Position numbers and translations under genes: made by a program. This document shows, one piece after another, positions 34,841-44,005 of a DNA stretch of 64,000 nt (positions are counted from its first letter, which is position 1; each line of letters opens with the position of its first letter). Location: contig CAZFPL010000002.1 of assembly GCA_964521085.1 (NCBI GenBank), positions 2,044 to 66,043 on the forward strand, given 5' to 3'. The notes below the pieces were generated by a model, which saw nothing but the letters and a program-made list of their open reading frames with translations, searched no databases and had not been told where the DNA came from. This DNA is from an uncultured Anaerolineales bacterium (GTDB lineage: Bacteria; Chloroflexota; Anaerolineae; Anaerolineales; RBG-16-64-43).

Positions 34841-36000
34841 CGATTCACACTTTTCGCCGCCGTTTCGCGCCATTGAGAGACGATTCCATCGAACATCTCC
34901 GCCGGGTTGAACCGGCCGTGGATTCTTTCCAGCGCCGCGGCGCTCATCCGTGAACATTGCTCCGGTTTTGCAAGCAGTTCGCACGCGCGCCGCGCGAGCC
35001 CCTTTGCATCCTCGATCGGAACGAGGTAACCCGTCTCGCCGTCGCTCACGATGTCCGCCGCGCCGGCCGTCTCCGTCGCCACAACCGGCAGCCCGACGGC
35101 GCCCGCTTCCACCAGCACGCGGCCGAACCCTTCATAGATCGATGCGAACAGGAAAACATCCGCCGCGCCGTACATCCCCGCCAAATCCGCCGCCGCCAAC
35201 TCTCCGGTCCAGATGAGTGATCCGCCCAACCCGGATTCGGACGCGGCGCGATCCAAATCCTCCTGCGCCAGTTCCTTCCGGCCGGCGACGACCAACCGGG
35301 CTTCGGGGAACCGGGTGCGGATTTCCGCGAATGCGCGGAAAAGAAGCGGCAGCCTTTTAAACCGGACCGGGCGGCCGGCCCATAATAACATCTGTGTGCC
35401 GGGCGCGAATGACAGCCGTTCCCGCGCCTTGGCGGTTGAATCCGCCATCTGTTCTCCGGAAAACGCCGATAAATCGCACGGGACAGGCAGCACCCGCACC
35501 CGGTCGGCGGGCAGCCCAAGTTTCTCGATATAGACTTTCCGTTCACGGGTATTGACGACGCGCCAAGCATCTGCGTGCGGGAGGAGAAGGCGCGCCAGGA
35601 GGTGCAGCGTCCGGAACATCAGCGGGCGTTCCGCGATCCAGTGGGGATTGAAGAGAAAACAGGAATGATTCTGAATCAGGAGCGGGCGATTCAACGAGCG
35701 GCGGAGCCAAACGCCGGCGAGTGCCGTGGCGAACGGATCCTGGGTTGTGATCAGATCGGGGACATGCTTTCGCGCCGCCTCCTTCGCCAGCCGGTATGCG
35801 GCGAAGGAGAATCGCACGCGGCCGACACCAGTGCGGCGTACGGTCAATCCGCCGAAATCGGATACGCCGCCGGACGGGGCGTCTACGATCAGATCGATAT
35901 GCCCGCCGATGCGCCGGGCGTATTCCAAATGCCGGGCGACCGGTTCGCTTTTCGGGTCATCCAATCCGGAATCGCCCAAACCGATCATAAGCAGGTTCAT
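34837..36000 (-). CDS. Glycosyltransferase family 4
   Basis: 387 aa. ASIYEGFGRVLVEAGAVGLPVVATETAG is present. The start overlaps the upstream stop as ATGA. Confidence 0.8.
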   Translation of the reverse strand: MNLLMIGLGDSGLDDPKSEPVARHLEYARRIGGHIDLIVDAPSGGVSDFGGLTVRRTGVGRVRFSFAAYRLAKEAARKHVPDLITTQDPFATALAGVWLRRSLNRPLLIQNHSCFLFNPHWIAERPLMFRTLHLLARLLLPHADAWRVVNTRERKVYIEKLGLPADRVRVLPVPCDLSAFSGEQMADSTAKARERLSFAPGTQMLLWAGRPVRFKRLPLLFRAFAEIRTRFPEARLVVAGRKELAQEDLDRAASESGLGGSLIWTGELAAADLAGMYGAADVFLFASIYEGFGRVLVEAGAVGLPVVATETAGAADIVSDGETGYLVPIEDAKGLARRACELLAKPEQCSRMSAAALERIHGRFNPAEMFDGIVSQWRETAAKSVNR

Positions 36001-37163
36001 CGGACGGCCCTCTTTCTATCCGCAACCTCCAACAACACCGACTCGGTCTTCTCCACCATCGTCTCCCATTGGAAGCGACCCTGCAGAGTCCGCCGCCCGC
36101 CCTCGATCAGGGATGCACGCAGGTCCTGATCTGAAAGGATCCGATCGATGGCCGCCGCAAGCAAATCCTTCCGGCGAGGAGGAACGAGTAATCCACTCAC
36201 ACCGTCCTCCGCCACTTCCTTCGTCCCTCCGGCGGACGTGGTTACCACCGGAAGTCCCGCCGCATATGCTTCGAGAATGATATGCGGCAGCCCCTCATAC
36301 AGACTATTCAGGACGAAAATGTCCGCCGCTTTCATGAAGGCGAACACCTGCCGGCGCGGAACGGCGCCGGTGAAGGTCACCCTGTCCGCAGCCCCCAATC
36401 GGATCGCAAGCGCTTCCAGATTCCACCGCTCGGGTCCGTCACCGACGACCATCAGGCGCCAATCCTTCCGTTCGGCGGTTATCTCCAAAAGGCTGTCGAT
36501 CCCCTTCCAGTTGACAAGCCGGGCGACGGTGACGAGCGTCCGTCCGGAGAATGTCGGGACGGGGGCGGGTTTCGTTTCCGGCGGGGATTCCAACGAGTTA
36601 TACACCACCGTTATTCTCCGCGCGGGGATTCCCCACCCGGCGACGACGGCCATCAGGTACCGGCTGGGAGTGATGATTCGGTCCGCGTGCCTGCTCACCT
36701 TCGTCCGAAGCCATTTGACCGTTTCGGATTGCAGCGATTGGCGCCGCGATTGAAACTCTTCGACGGTTGCGCCCGCTTCGCCCCGGTTGCGCGCGCGTTC
36801 CCACGCCCAATCCCCGACGATCTTCATCACCAGCAGCCTGTGTGTGATCGCCGCGGCGATGGCCGCTTCGATGAACAATCCATTGGCGTAAATTAAATCC
36901 GCCTTCCGCGCCGAGCGCGCGATGGCGGAAATCGTCTCTATCATGCGCGGAATGCGGAACATCCCGCGGCGGAGGCGGTGAACCGGAAAGGAATACCGCG
37001 CGCCGGCGGCGGGATCATCCGCCAGTGTCACGACCTCCACGGCATGGCCGCGCCCCACCAGCGCATCCGCAATGCGGGGGACATAGGAGGCCGGGCCGCC
37101 GATATCCGGGGGAAAGATGCCGGTCGGAAGCGTGATTTGCAAACGGCCTTCGCCCGCTTTCAT
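35997..37163 (-). CDS. Glycosyltransferase family 4
   Basis: ORF track gives 35997..37451, trimmed to ATG 37163 (MKAGEGRLQITLPTGIFPPDIGGPASY; ATGA overlap). NSLYEGLPHIILEAYAAGLPVVTTSAGG is present. Confidence 0.8.
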   Translation of the reverse strand: MKAGEGRLQITLPTGIFPPDIGGPASYVPRIADALVGRGHAVEVVTLADDPAAGARYSFPVHRLRRGMFRIPRMIETISAIARSARKADLIYANGLFIEAAIAAAITHRLLVMKIVGDWAWERARNRGEAGATVEEFQSRRQSLQSETVKWLRTKVSRHADRIITPSRYLMAVVAGWGIPARRITVVYNSLESPPETKPAPVPTFSGRTLVTVARLVNWKGIDSLLEITAERKDWRLMVVGDGPERWNLEALAIRLGAADRVTFTGAVPRRQVFAFMKAADIFVLNSLYEGLPHIILEAYAAGLPVVTTSAGGTKEVAEDGVSGLLVPPRRKDLLAAAIDRILSDQDLRASLIEGGRRTLQGRFQWETMVEKTESVLLEVADRKRAVR

Positions 37164-39043
37164 TGCCGCCGCTGGCATATCGCGTACCTCCGGCTTTCCC
37201 ATACCAGGTCGTACCCGTCCCACGGGCAATCGACAGGATGGTGATCGCGGTCGGACCCGAGGAACTCGACGACTCGATAATCGTCGCCTGGAAGCGGGCC
37301 GGAAACCACGGCGTTCGAAACGGGGGACACGTACTTCAAACCGAATTCCAGCCAGCTCCAGGCCAGGGTGGGATCCGACTCGCCGTGGTAGCGGATCACG
37401 CCGATCGAAAGAACTCTCTGCGAATCCTCGCGGGCTTTCGACGCCAGCCACTCCATCGCCTGCACCTGTCCGCTTTCCCGGCCGCCGTATCCGTCGCGCA
37501 ATATGTTATTCATCGATGTCGCAGCCGATCGATAGGGGAAGAATAAAACCACCGCCAAGATCGCCCAAGCGGCTGGAATCCAACGCCGGCTTTTCCACGC
37601 CTTCGTTAATCCTTCGATGACCGCCGCCACGGCGACGCATTGCAGAGGCCAGAACCACCAGAATCTCCAGGACCGCTCGATTTCGGAAAGCCCTGCCAAT
37701 AATGCTCCGCAAACGCCGATCATGATCGCCAACACCCCCGCGTCGCGGGCGGGCAAATCCCACCGGGATGCCAACCACAAACCGAGCGCGGCGGAAACCC
37801 AGGCTATGATCCCGTAAGCCCGAAGCTGGGAAAGCAGCAAACGCCCGGGCAGGTCCCAATCCGGGTCGCGGACGAGCAGCGTTCCGACCATCGCGGGTTG
37901 GATGAGCAGGAAGAGAGCCGCGGACCCGATCCCGCAAGCCAACAGGAATTTCCAGGTTGGAATTGCGCGCAGCCGCTCCAGCAACTCCATCGTCCGCCGC
38001 CATCCGCCGCTGGACCTCCAAAACAGAGTCATCCACCCGGTCAGAAAAATCCCGTACAGAATGGCGGTGGGCCAGGCCGGTTCATCGAAGAGGAAATATC
38101 CGGAATCGAAATTCCGGTCCAGTTTGTTCATCACTGTGCACAGCCGGAGTTCCCACGCAGCCAGCCTGCCCGTTCCCGGATAAATCACGCGATTGGGATC
38201 GCTCAAGCCGGTCCATGGCATGTACGTCATGCCCATGAAATCCGATTCTCCCGGGAGGCTTGCGTAGCAATAAACCGGCGGGGAGGATGCGGTCTGCCCC
38301 GATTCCAAATCCCGGCGGAGGATCATGCTGCCGATGTCGATGAAACCGCGATCCGCTTCGAAACGCAGATAGGGAAACCAGACGATGAACAGGATCAAGA
38401 GCGTTCCCAGCAGGCTGCGCGCGGAAAGCGGGCGGCGGTAAATCAACGCGACGGCCGCCATCGCGATGAGCGCGGGCGCGATCGTGAAATACACGTACAT
38501 CCCCAACCCGGCCAGGAGCAGCGCGGCGGAGAACCAGTGCGGGGAGCGGTCGCGCACCCAGCGCATCAGGCAATACAGCATCCCGACAATAAAAAACGGG
38601 TGGCCGTTCGGCCAGAGCGTGGGCCCGGTGAACGGAAGGAATCCCGCCAAGGCGACGGCCGCCCAGGCCGCACCCCGGCCGAACCATCCGCGGACCATGA
38701 GAAAAAGGAAAAACAGGGTTCCGAAATGAAGCAGGATCGCGCCGGGAATTTCCGCGAGCCGCGGGTCCGACAGAAGCAGCACTCCCGGGAGCATCAGGAA
38801 GGACGTCCCCGGCGGACCAAACCCGGAGTAGGAAAGTCCCTGCCCGCGGTAGGGGATCACACCGTGGCGGATGAACTCGATGGCGTTCGCCTGATGGGTC
38901 TGGGTGTCGGGGCCGTCGAAAGGTCCGCTGTCGCGCCAGCCGGAGTAGACCAGAAGGCTGCTGGCGACCGTAACCGCCAGGATCCATCCCAGGTCCAGGA
39001 TTTTGCCCCACGGGAGCGGTTTTCTCATGCGGGAATCTTCCAT
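37160..39043 (-). CDS. Polytopic GT-C-like glycosyltransferase (ArnT/PMT_2-like) with ~150-aa C-terminal soluble domain
   Basis: 627 aa with about 12-14 hydrophobic helices. The first loop, FDGPDTQTHQANAIEFIRHGVIPYRGQGLSYSGFGPPGTSFLMLPG, resembles the D-x-D/E ... G ... PP(L/G) loop of ArnT/PMT-family enzymes. It is a paralogue of 54971-56950. Confidence 0.6.
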   Translation of the reverse strand: MEDSRMRKPLPWGKILDLGWILAVTVASSLLVYSGWRDSGPFDGPDTQTHQANAIEFIRHGVIPYRGQGLSYSGFGPPGTSFLMLPGVLLLSDPRLAEIPGAILLHFGTLFFLFLMVRGWFGRGAAWAAVALAGFLPFTGPTLWPNGHPFFIVGMLYCLMRWVRDRSPHWFSAALLLAGLGMYVYFTIAPALIAMAAVALIYRRPLSARSLLGTLLILFIVWFPYLRFEADRGFIDIGSMILRRDLESGQTASSPPVYCYASLPGESDFMGMTYMPWTGLSDPNRVIYPGTGRLAAWELRLCTVMNKLDRNFDSGYFLFDEPAWPTAILYGIFLTGWMTLFWRSSGGWRRTMELLERLRAIPTWKFLLACGIGSAALFLLIQPAMVGTLLVRDPDWDLPGRLLLSQLRAYGIIAWVSAALGLWLASRWDLPARDAGVLAIMIGVCGALLAGLSEIERSWRFWWFWPLQCVAVAAVIEGLTKAWKSRRWIPAAWAILAVVLFFPYRSAATSMNNILRDGYGGRESGQVQAMEWLASKAREDSQRVLSIGVIRYHGESDPTLAWSWLEFGLKYVSPVSNAVVSGPLPGDDYRVVEFLGSDRDHHPVDCPWDGYDLVWESRRYAICQRRQ

Positions 39044-39085
39044 GTTCTGTCGACAGCGCCTCGTTCGCGGAATTCGAGGACTGAT

Positions 39086-40735
39086 CTAGGGAAGAGGATA
39101 AAACCGGACGGCCACTTGTCCGGGGAGCGAGGCGGAGAATTTTTCCAGCGCCGACCGGAGTCCGGCCGCCTCTTTGGGAAGTATGGCATACCAGGTCACG
39201 GTCGCCCCGCCGCAGACGACGTTTCCGGGAATGGTCCAATCGGCGACGCGGACCCATTGGGCGGGGATGGCGGCGGCGCCGGTCTCCGGATTGTAATCGA
39301 ACCACGTGTCATAGATCACCGCGATCTGCGTGCCTGCCTTCCGGGTGACAGCGTCCAGCGATTCCGCCATCCTGCCGTTCCAATCCCCGGCCAGCCTGGC
39401 TTGCATAACCTCCCGGTCGGCCAGACCGACTAAATCCACGAGGTGAAGGTCGGCCAGATAATCGATCGCGCCGATGTCATTCGCCGCGACGACCGCACGC
39501 GGGTAATACTCCCTGAGGAAGAGACCCATCTGATACTGCTGCTGCCAGATGTTCCGGGATGCAACCGGCGTCTTCCAAGCCGCCTGAAAAGCAAGAACCC
39601 CGAGCGGAATTGCCACCAGAACAGCGGCGGAAACCGACGCTGCAAACGCGGCGGAGTTGCGGCGCAGCGCCTGCCAATTCACGGCGGGCGCGCCCAGGCA
39701 ACCGACGGCCCAGATCCCCATCGCGTTGAGATAAGCCTGATAGCGAAAATACGTGTCGCCGGCGATCCATATCGAATGCATCACCGCAACCATCAAAAAG
39801 AGAACGGCAGGCAGGACTCGGGCGTCCCAAAATGAAATCGCCGGTTCAGACCGCACGCGCAGAATCAACATCACCAGAAGCGCGATCGCCAGCGATTGCC
39901 AAACCGGAGTATGGAGGAAATCGATGTCAGTAATCGGCAGGAAGGGCCGGGCGGCCATATTCCACAAGGAAACCGGATCGGTCCATACGACACCGCTGTG
40001 CTTAATCAAGAGTGAGTTAGGCAGGAACGACCACCCCTGATGTATGGAATAGACACCATACAAGACGACCGGGAGAGCGGCGGAGAGACCGACGACCACG
40101 GCCGCCATCGGGCGCCGGCGCAGGATCATAAGCAGGTACACCGCGACTGCAACGAAACATCCTTCGTAGCGGACCGCGGCGCACAAGGCAGCCAGCAGGC
40201 CCAGCGGTGCCAGGCCGCCGGGATTGGATCTGGAGAGGATTCGCACGGCAGCAGCGCAGAAAGCCACCGCGGTAATCGCCTGGAGCATCGTTTCCATTCC
40301 ATTGAAGAGGACCGGTCCGAGCGGGAGGAACGCCATCCACCCTATCAGCATCCCCAGCGCCCAGCGGGAGGATTTCCCGCCGGCGGCCCATTCGCGGTAC
40401 AAAACGGCGATGAACACGCCCGAGACCACCAGGTTGATCAGAAAGGGGATGATCTCGCGGTCGCCGAACAACCGGAACGCGCCCGCCAGGAGAAGCGGCC
40501 AAAGGATCGAACTGGAGGACGAGGAAAATCCAAACGGGGTGACGCCGTAGACTCCCTTTTGCACAATATGTTTGGCGATCGCCATATGAATGTAGGCATC
40601 ATCAAGGTTATAGATAAAATGCCCGCCGGTCTGGCGTAGGATCAGCAGGACCATCAAGGAAGCCGCCGCAGCCCAGACCGCATACGCTGTGAGCAGGAAG
40701 GAATTGCGGCGCGTGAAATCCAAAAACCTGCTCAT
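39086..40735 (-). CDS. Polytopic membrane protein, unrecognised GT-C-like family, paralogue A (DDAYIHMAIAK loop; C-terminal soluble domain)
   Basis: 549 aa with about 11-13 TM helices. Conserved blocks shared with 40732-42363 and 42332-44005: LDDAYIHMAIAK, NGMETMLQ, VRYEG, GWSFLPNSLLIK, VAANDIGAIDYL...DLVGLA and CGGATVTWYA. Confidence 0.6.
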   Translation of the reverse strand: MSRFLDFTRRNSFLLTAYAVWAAAASLMVLLILRQTGGHFIYNLDDAYIHMAIAKHIVQKGVYGVTPFGFSSSSSSILWPLLLAGAFRLFGDREIIPFLINLVVSGVFIAVLYREWAAGGKSSRWALGMLIGWMAFLPLGPVLFNGMETMLQAITAVAFCAAAVRILSRSNPGGLAPLGLLAALCAAVRYEGCFVAVAVYLLMILRRRPMAAVVVGLSAALPVVLYGVYSIHQGWSFLPNSLLIKHSGVVWTDPVSLWNMAARPFLPITDIDFLHTPVWQSLAIALLVMLILRVRSEPAISFWDARVLPAVLFLMVAVMHSIWIAGDTYFRYQAYLNAMGIWAVGCLGAPAVNWQALRRNSAAFAASVSAAVLVAIPLGVLAFQAAWKTPVASRNIWQQQYQMGLFLREYYPRAVVAANDIGAIDYLADLHLVDLVGLADREVMQARLAGDWNGRMAESLDAVTRKAGTQIAVIYDTWFDYNPETGAAAIPAQWVRVADWTIPGNVVCGGATVTWYAILPKEAAGLRSALEKFSASLPGQVAVRFYPLP

Positions 40736-42363
40736 GGAGATTCCCCACCGGTATCTTGGCGGATTGTCTTTTCGGACGGCAGATGCTTAATGAAAGATTC
40801 GGTGCAGGCTTGCGCTTCGGCATCCTCCGTCACCTGGAATATTCCCACAGAATCGCAGATGGAACAGCGGGCCAAGATCCATCCTCCTGTGCGGATCCAG
40901 ATCTCCGCCGCCCGCGTCTGCAGGGACGGTTGGAAAATAATCGCAGTGGATACCCCCAATCGTTCCGCCTCCGCTTTCATCCATTCCGCGCGCAACTCCC
41001 CCGCGCGACGTTCGCGGAACGTGCGCAGGCTGACAAATCCGCTCAAGTCGACAATTGCGTCGCTTCCGGTCATGAATATGATTGTCCCTGGGGTGTCGGT
41101 CGCCACCGGGCCGGATGCGCACTCATCCGCCCACTCGGATGCCAATCGGCCGATCCATTTCGTACGTTCCATGGATTGACCGAATAGGATCGCACCCTGC
41201 ACGCCATGGTTGACAAGCGGGAATCCAAACAGGACGGCCAACGCGCCGCCTGCAAACAGCGTCACCACATGCTTCCGCAAATCCCGAAAGTCCGCGGGGA
41301 GGATCTTTCCGAGTGCCGGGAGAATCGCCCAGCCACCGAGCATCACCAGCCAGGCGTCGTAGCGGTATCCGCGGTTCCCGACCAGGGTGAGATATATCAG
41401 GACCGTCAGGAATGCGAGCGCCGGAGCAAGGAATTCCCGCTGGCGGAAGGAGGTCAGCCGGTTGGTCAATCCCAGCCAGGCCGGCAAAAGCGTCAGAAGC
41501 AGGACCACCGCACGCAACTCGGAATTGACCCCCAGCGTGTCCAGCGAGCGGAACACGACCGACGTCCATTGGGATAGTTCGGACGGAATCAACTCCGCGC
41601 GCCGGAGATACACCGAGGCGGGAACGGGAAGCCATCCCGCCCGCCAGGAAATAATCCCGTATACCGCAAGCGGCAGAGCAGCCGCGCACGGAAGAAAAAC
41701 GCCCGCCGTGAAATCCCGTTTAAGCAGGAGGAAGAGTGCGGCAATCGCGACCAGCACCAATCCTTCGTAGCGGGTGGAAGCAAGCAAGATGGCCGTGAGA
41801 GTCATCGGCAGAAGGCTTGCCCGTGGAGGCGCCTTCATCCGGCGCGCCCATTGCTCCAAAAAAACAATCATCAGGACCAGGAACAGCACATGTTCCATCC
41901 CGGCCGCCGCCAGCGGGACAAGCGGCAAACCGATGACCATAACCACAAGCAATACGGCTTGCGCGGCCGGCGGGATCCCAGCCTCCCGGATTGCCCGATA
42001 CGCCAGCGCGATCAGCGCGATGGATAAAAGCGCGTTGAGGATCCACGGCCAGAGTGCGCTTGCGCCCAGTAATGAGAAAACCGGGGCGAGGAGAAGCGGC
42101 CAAAACAGGGTGCCAAACGCGGATGTGAATTCCCCCGGCAGGATCTCCCACGCGAACCGATCCGCCAAGTTCTTCGCAACCACCAAACGTTGATACGCGT
42201 CTTCCTCCGGAAGCAGGATCTGGCTGGAGATGATCTGCGTAGAGAGCGTGAATCCCAGGATTATCAGGAACAATCCCCATGCCAGCCACAACGGCCAATG
42301 CTTTCGCCATCCCGAACCCCGGATTACCGTATCATCCGCCATTCGATTCCTCCGCAGGGTCAT
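40732..42363 (-). CDS. Polytopic membrane protein, same family, paralogue B (EEDAYQRLVVAK)
   Basis: 543 aa. Blocks EEDAYQRLVVAKN, AGMEHVLF, TRYEG, AGWLPVPASVYLR, and a C-terminal domain with VATDTPGTIIF...VDLSGF. The stop overlaps the start of paralogue A as ATGA. The alternative start is ATG 42342. Confidence 0.6.
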   Translation of the reverse strand: MTLRRNRMADDTVIRGSGWRKHWPLWLAWGLFLIILGFTLSTQIISSQILLPEEDAYQRLVVAKNLADRFAWEILPGEFTSAFGTLFWPLLLAPVFSLLGASALWPWILNALLSIALIALAYRAIREAGIPPAAQAVLLVVMVIGLPLVPLAAAGMEHVLFLVLMIVFLEQWARRMKAPPRASLLPMTLTAILLASTRYEGLVLVAIAALFLLLKRDFTAGVFLPCAAALPLAVYGIISWRAGWLPVPASVYLRRAELIPSELSQWTSVVFRSLDTLGVNSELRAVVLLLTLLPAWLGLTNRLTSFRQREFLAPALAFLTVLIYLTLVGNRGYRYDAWLVMLGGWAILPALGKILPADFRDLRKHVVTLFAGGALAVLFGFPLVNHGVQGAILFGQSMERTKWIGRLASEWADECASGPVATDTPGTIIFMTGSDAIVDLSGFVSLRTFRERRAGELRAEWMKAEAERLGVSTAIIFQPSLQTRAAEIWIRTGGWILARCSICDSVGIFQVTEDAEAQACTESFIKHLPSEKTIRQDTGGESP

Positions 42364-44005
42364 CCTCCGTCACCATCTGCAACTTCACCCGCACCGGAAG
42401 GTAGCTCTCGAACGCCTGCAACCGCTTGCGCAGCAAATCAGCCTGCGCCGGATCCGGGGCATAAAAAGATACGGTGTCCCCGCCGCACACATAGCAATCC
42501 GTAAAATGCCACTCGCCCACTTTGATCCAACCCTCCGGCAAGCCGCCGTACCGATCAAACCAGTAATCGTAGACGACTACCACGCGCGCGCCGCTTTCGC
42601 GGACGAGTCGTTCAATCTCGCCCGTGTCGTACGTGCCGCCCAGCTTGGCACGCGCCACATCCATCGATGCCAGCCCGTAGAGGTCGAGCAGCGGGAACTC
42701 ATTGTAAAAGGAAACGGCGCCGATGTCATTGGCCGCAACCGGTCCGGTCGGATAGTACCGGTTCAGGAAGACCGCCATCTGGTATTGCATCTCGTAAATA
42801 TTCCGCGCCGCAAGCGGCGTGTTCAGGATCCCGCCCTCGGCCCGCCCGAGGAAGGGAGAGACGAGCAGCAGTGCCAGGATCCCGATCGCGATGCGCGCGG
42901 CCATGCCCGAAGGGATACGCAGATCCCAGCCGCCCGGCGGCGCGGCGGTTTCGAGCGCCCAGACCCCGAGTGCGATGAGATAAGCGGCGTGGCGATAGAA
43001 CCATTCCATGTTGATCAGCGTGCCGTGGGCGAAGGCGATCATCAGGAAGAACGCGCCGGGAGCCAGCCGCGAAAATATTTTTTTCCGTTCTTCCCCGCGT
43101 GCTGCGAGCAGCCACGAAAGCAGGGTCAACAGAACCAGCGTCAGAATGTAATCCCGCCCCGTCAGGTAGCGGAACGGCCGGGTCAGGATCTGTGCCGGCG
43201 CTTCGGGGATGATGTCAGTGAAAGGCGCGCTCTTGATCAGCACCGAATTCGGGATCGGGTACCATCCCTGTGCAAGCGAGACACCCGCCATAAGAGCAAC
43301 CGGCAGAAAGGCCGCCGCGATCACAGCCGCCGCCAAGCCCCAGCGTTTGCGCGATGCCAGGAGGACCGCCGCCGCGCCCGCCAGGAACAATCCTTCATAA
43401 CGGATCAGGGTCAGCGCGCAAGCCAGCGCCAAAAGCCAGCCGTCGGCCTTTGCCGGTGAATCACTCCGGAGTGTGGATATCAGCCGCTCGGCGAACAGCA
43501 CAAAGATCAAAATCTGGAGCATATGCTCCATGCCGTCGAAGGTGATCGCCGCGAACGGGGCACACAAAACCAGGATTGCCAGGACCGCCGCACAAGTCAG
43601 ATCCCCCCGCCCGCGAGCCCGCATCCCGTGGTAGACAACCGCCAGCACGACGATCGATATCCCCAAATTCAAAAGGAGCGGGCTCCACTCATTCACCCCG
43701 AAGAAGGCATACGTCAGCGCGATCAGGATCGGCCAGAGGATCGAACTGGCGCAGGAGGTGAACGCGTACGAGGTCACTCCCCACACGCCGTGGCGCACGA
43801 TATTCTTGGAGATGGCCATGTGGATGTAGACGTCGTCGGATGCGTAGACCAGGCGCCCGTTGCTGATCGAAAAAATCTGCGCCAGAGTCACGCCGAAGAT
43901 CGCCAACCACAGCGCCGTCACGGCCAGGAAGGGCCAATGCCGCCGGAGGAATGACGGATCAGGACCCATGCCTGCTCCTTTCCCCAAGCACCCGAACCGC
44001 GGCAT
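42332..44005 (-). CDS. Polytopic membrane protein, same family, paralogue C (SDDVYIHMAISK)
   Basis: 557 aa. Blocks SDDVYIHMAISKNIV, DGMEHMLQ, IRYEG, GWYPIPNSVLIK, VAANDIGAVSFY...DLYGLA and CGGDTVSFYA, plus an acidic C-terminal tail. The alternative start is ATG 43969. Confidence 0.6.
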   Translation of the reverse strand: MPRFGCLGKGAGMGPDPSFLRRHWPFLAVTALWLAIFGVTLAQIFSISNGRLVYASDDVYIHMAISKNIVRHGVWGVTSYAFTSCASSILWPILIALTYAFFGVNEWSPLLLNLGISIVVLAVVYHGMRARGRGDLTCAAVLAILVLCAPFAAITFDGMEHMLQILIFVLFAERLISTLRSDSPAKADGWLLALACALTLIRYEGLFLAGAAAVLLASRKRWGLAAAVIAAAFLPVALMAGVSLAQGWYPIPNSVLIKSAPFTDIIPEAPAQILTRPFRYLTGRDYILTLVLLTLLSWLLAARGEERKKIFSRLAPGAFFLMIAFAHGTLINMEWFYRHAAYLIALGVWALETAAPPGGWDLRIPSGMAARIAIGILALLLVSPFLGRAEGGILNTPLAARNIYEMQYQMAVFLNRYYPTGPVAANDIGAVSFYNEFPLLDLYGLASMDVARAKLGGTYDTGEIERLVRESGARVVVVYDYWFDRYGGLPEGWIKVGEWHFTDCYVCGGDTVSFYAPDPAQADLLRKRLQAFESYLPVRVKLQMVTEDDPAEESNGG

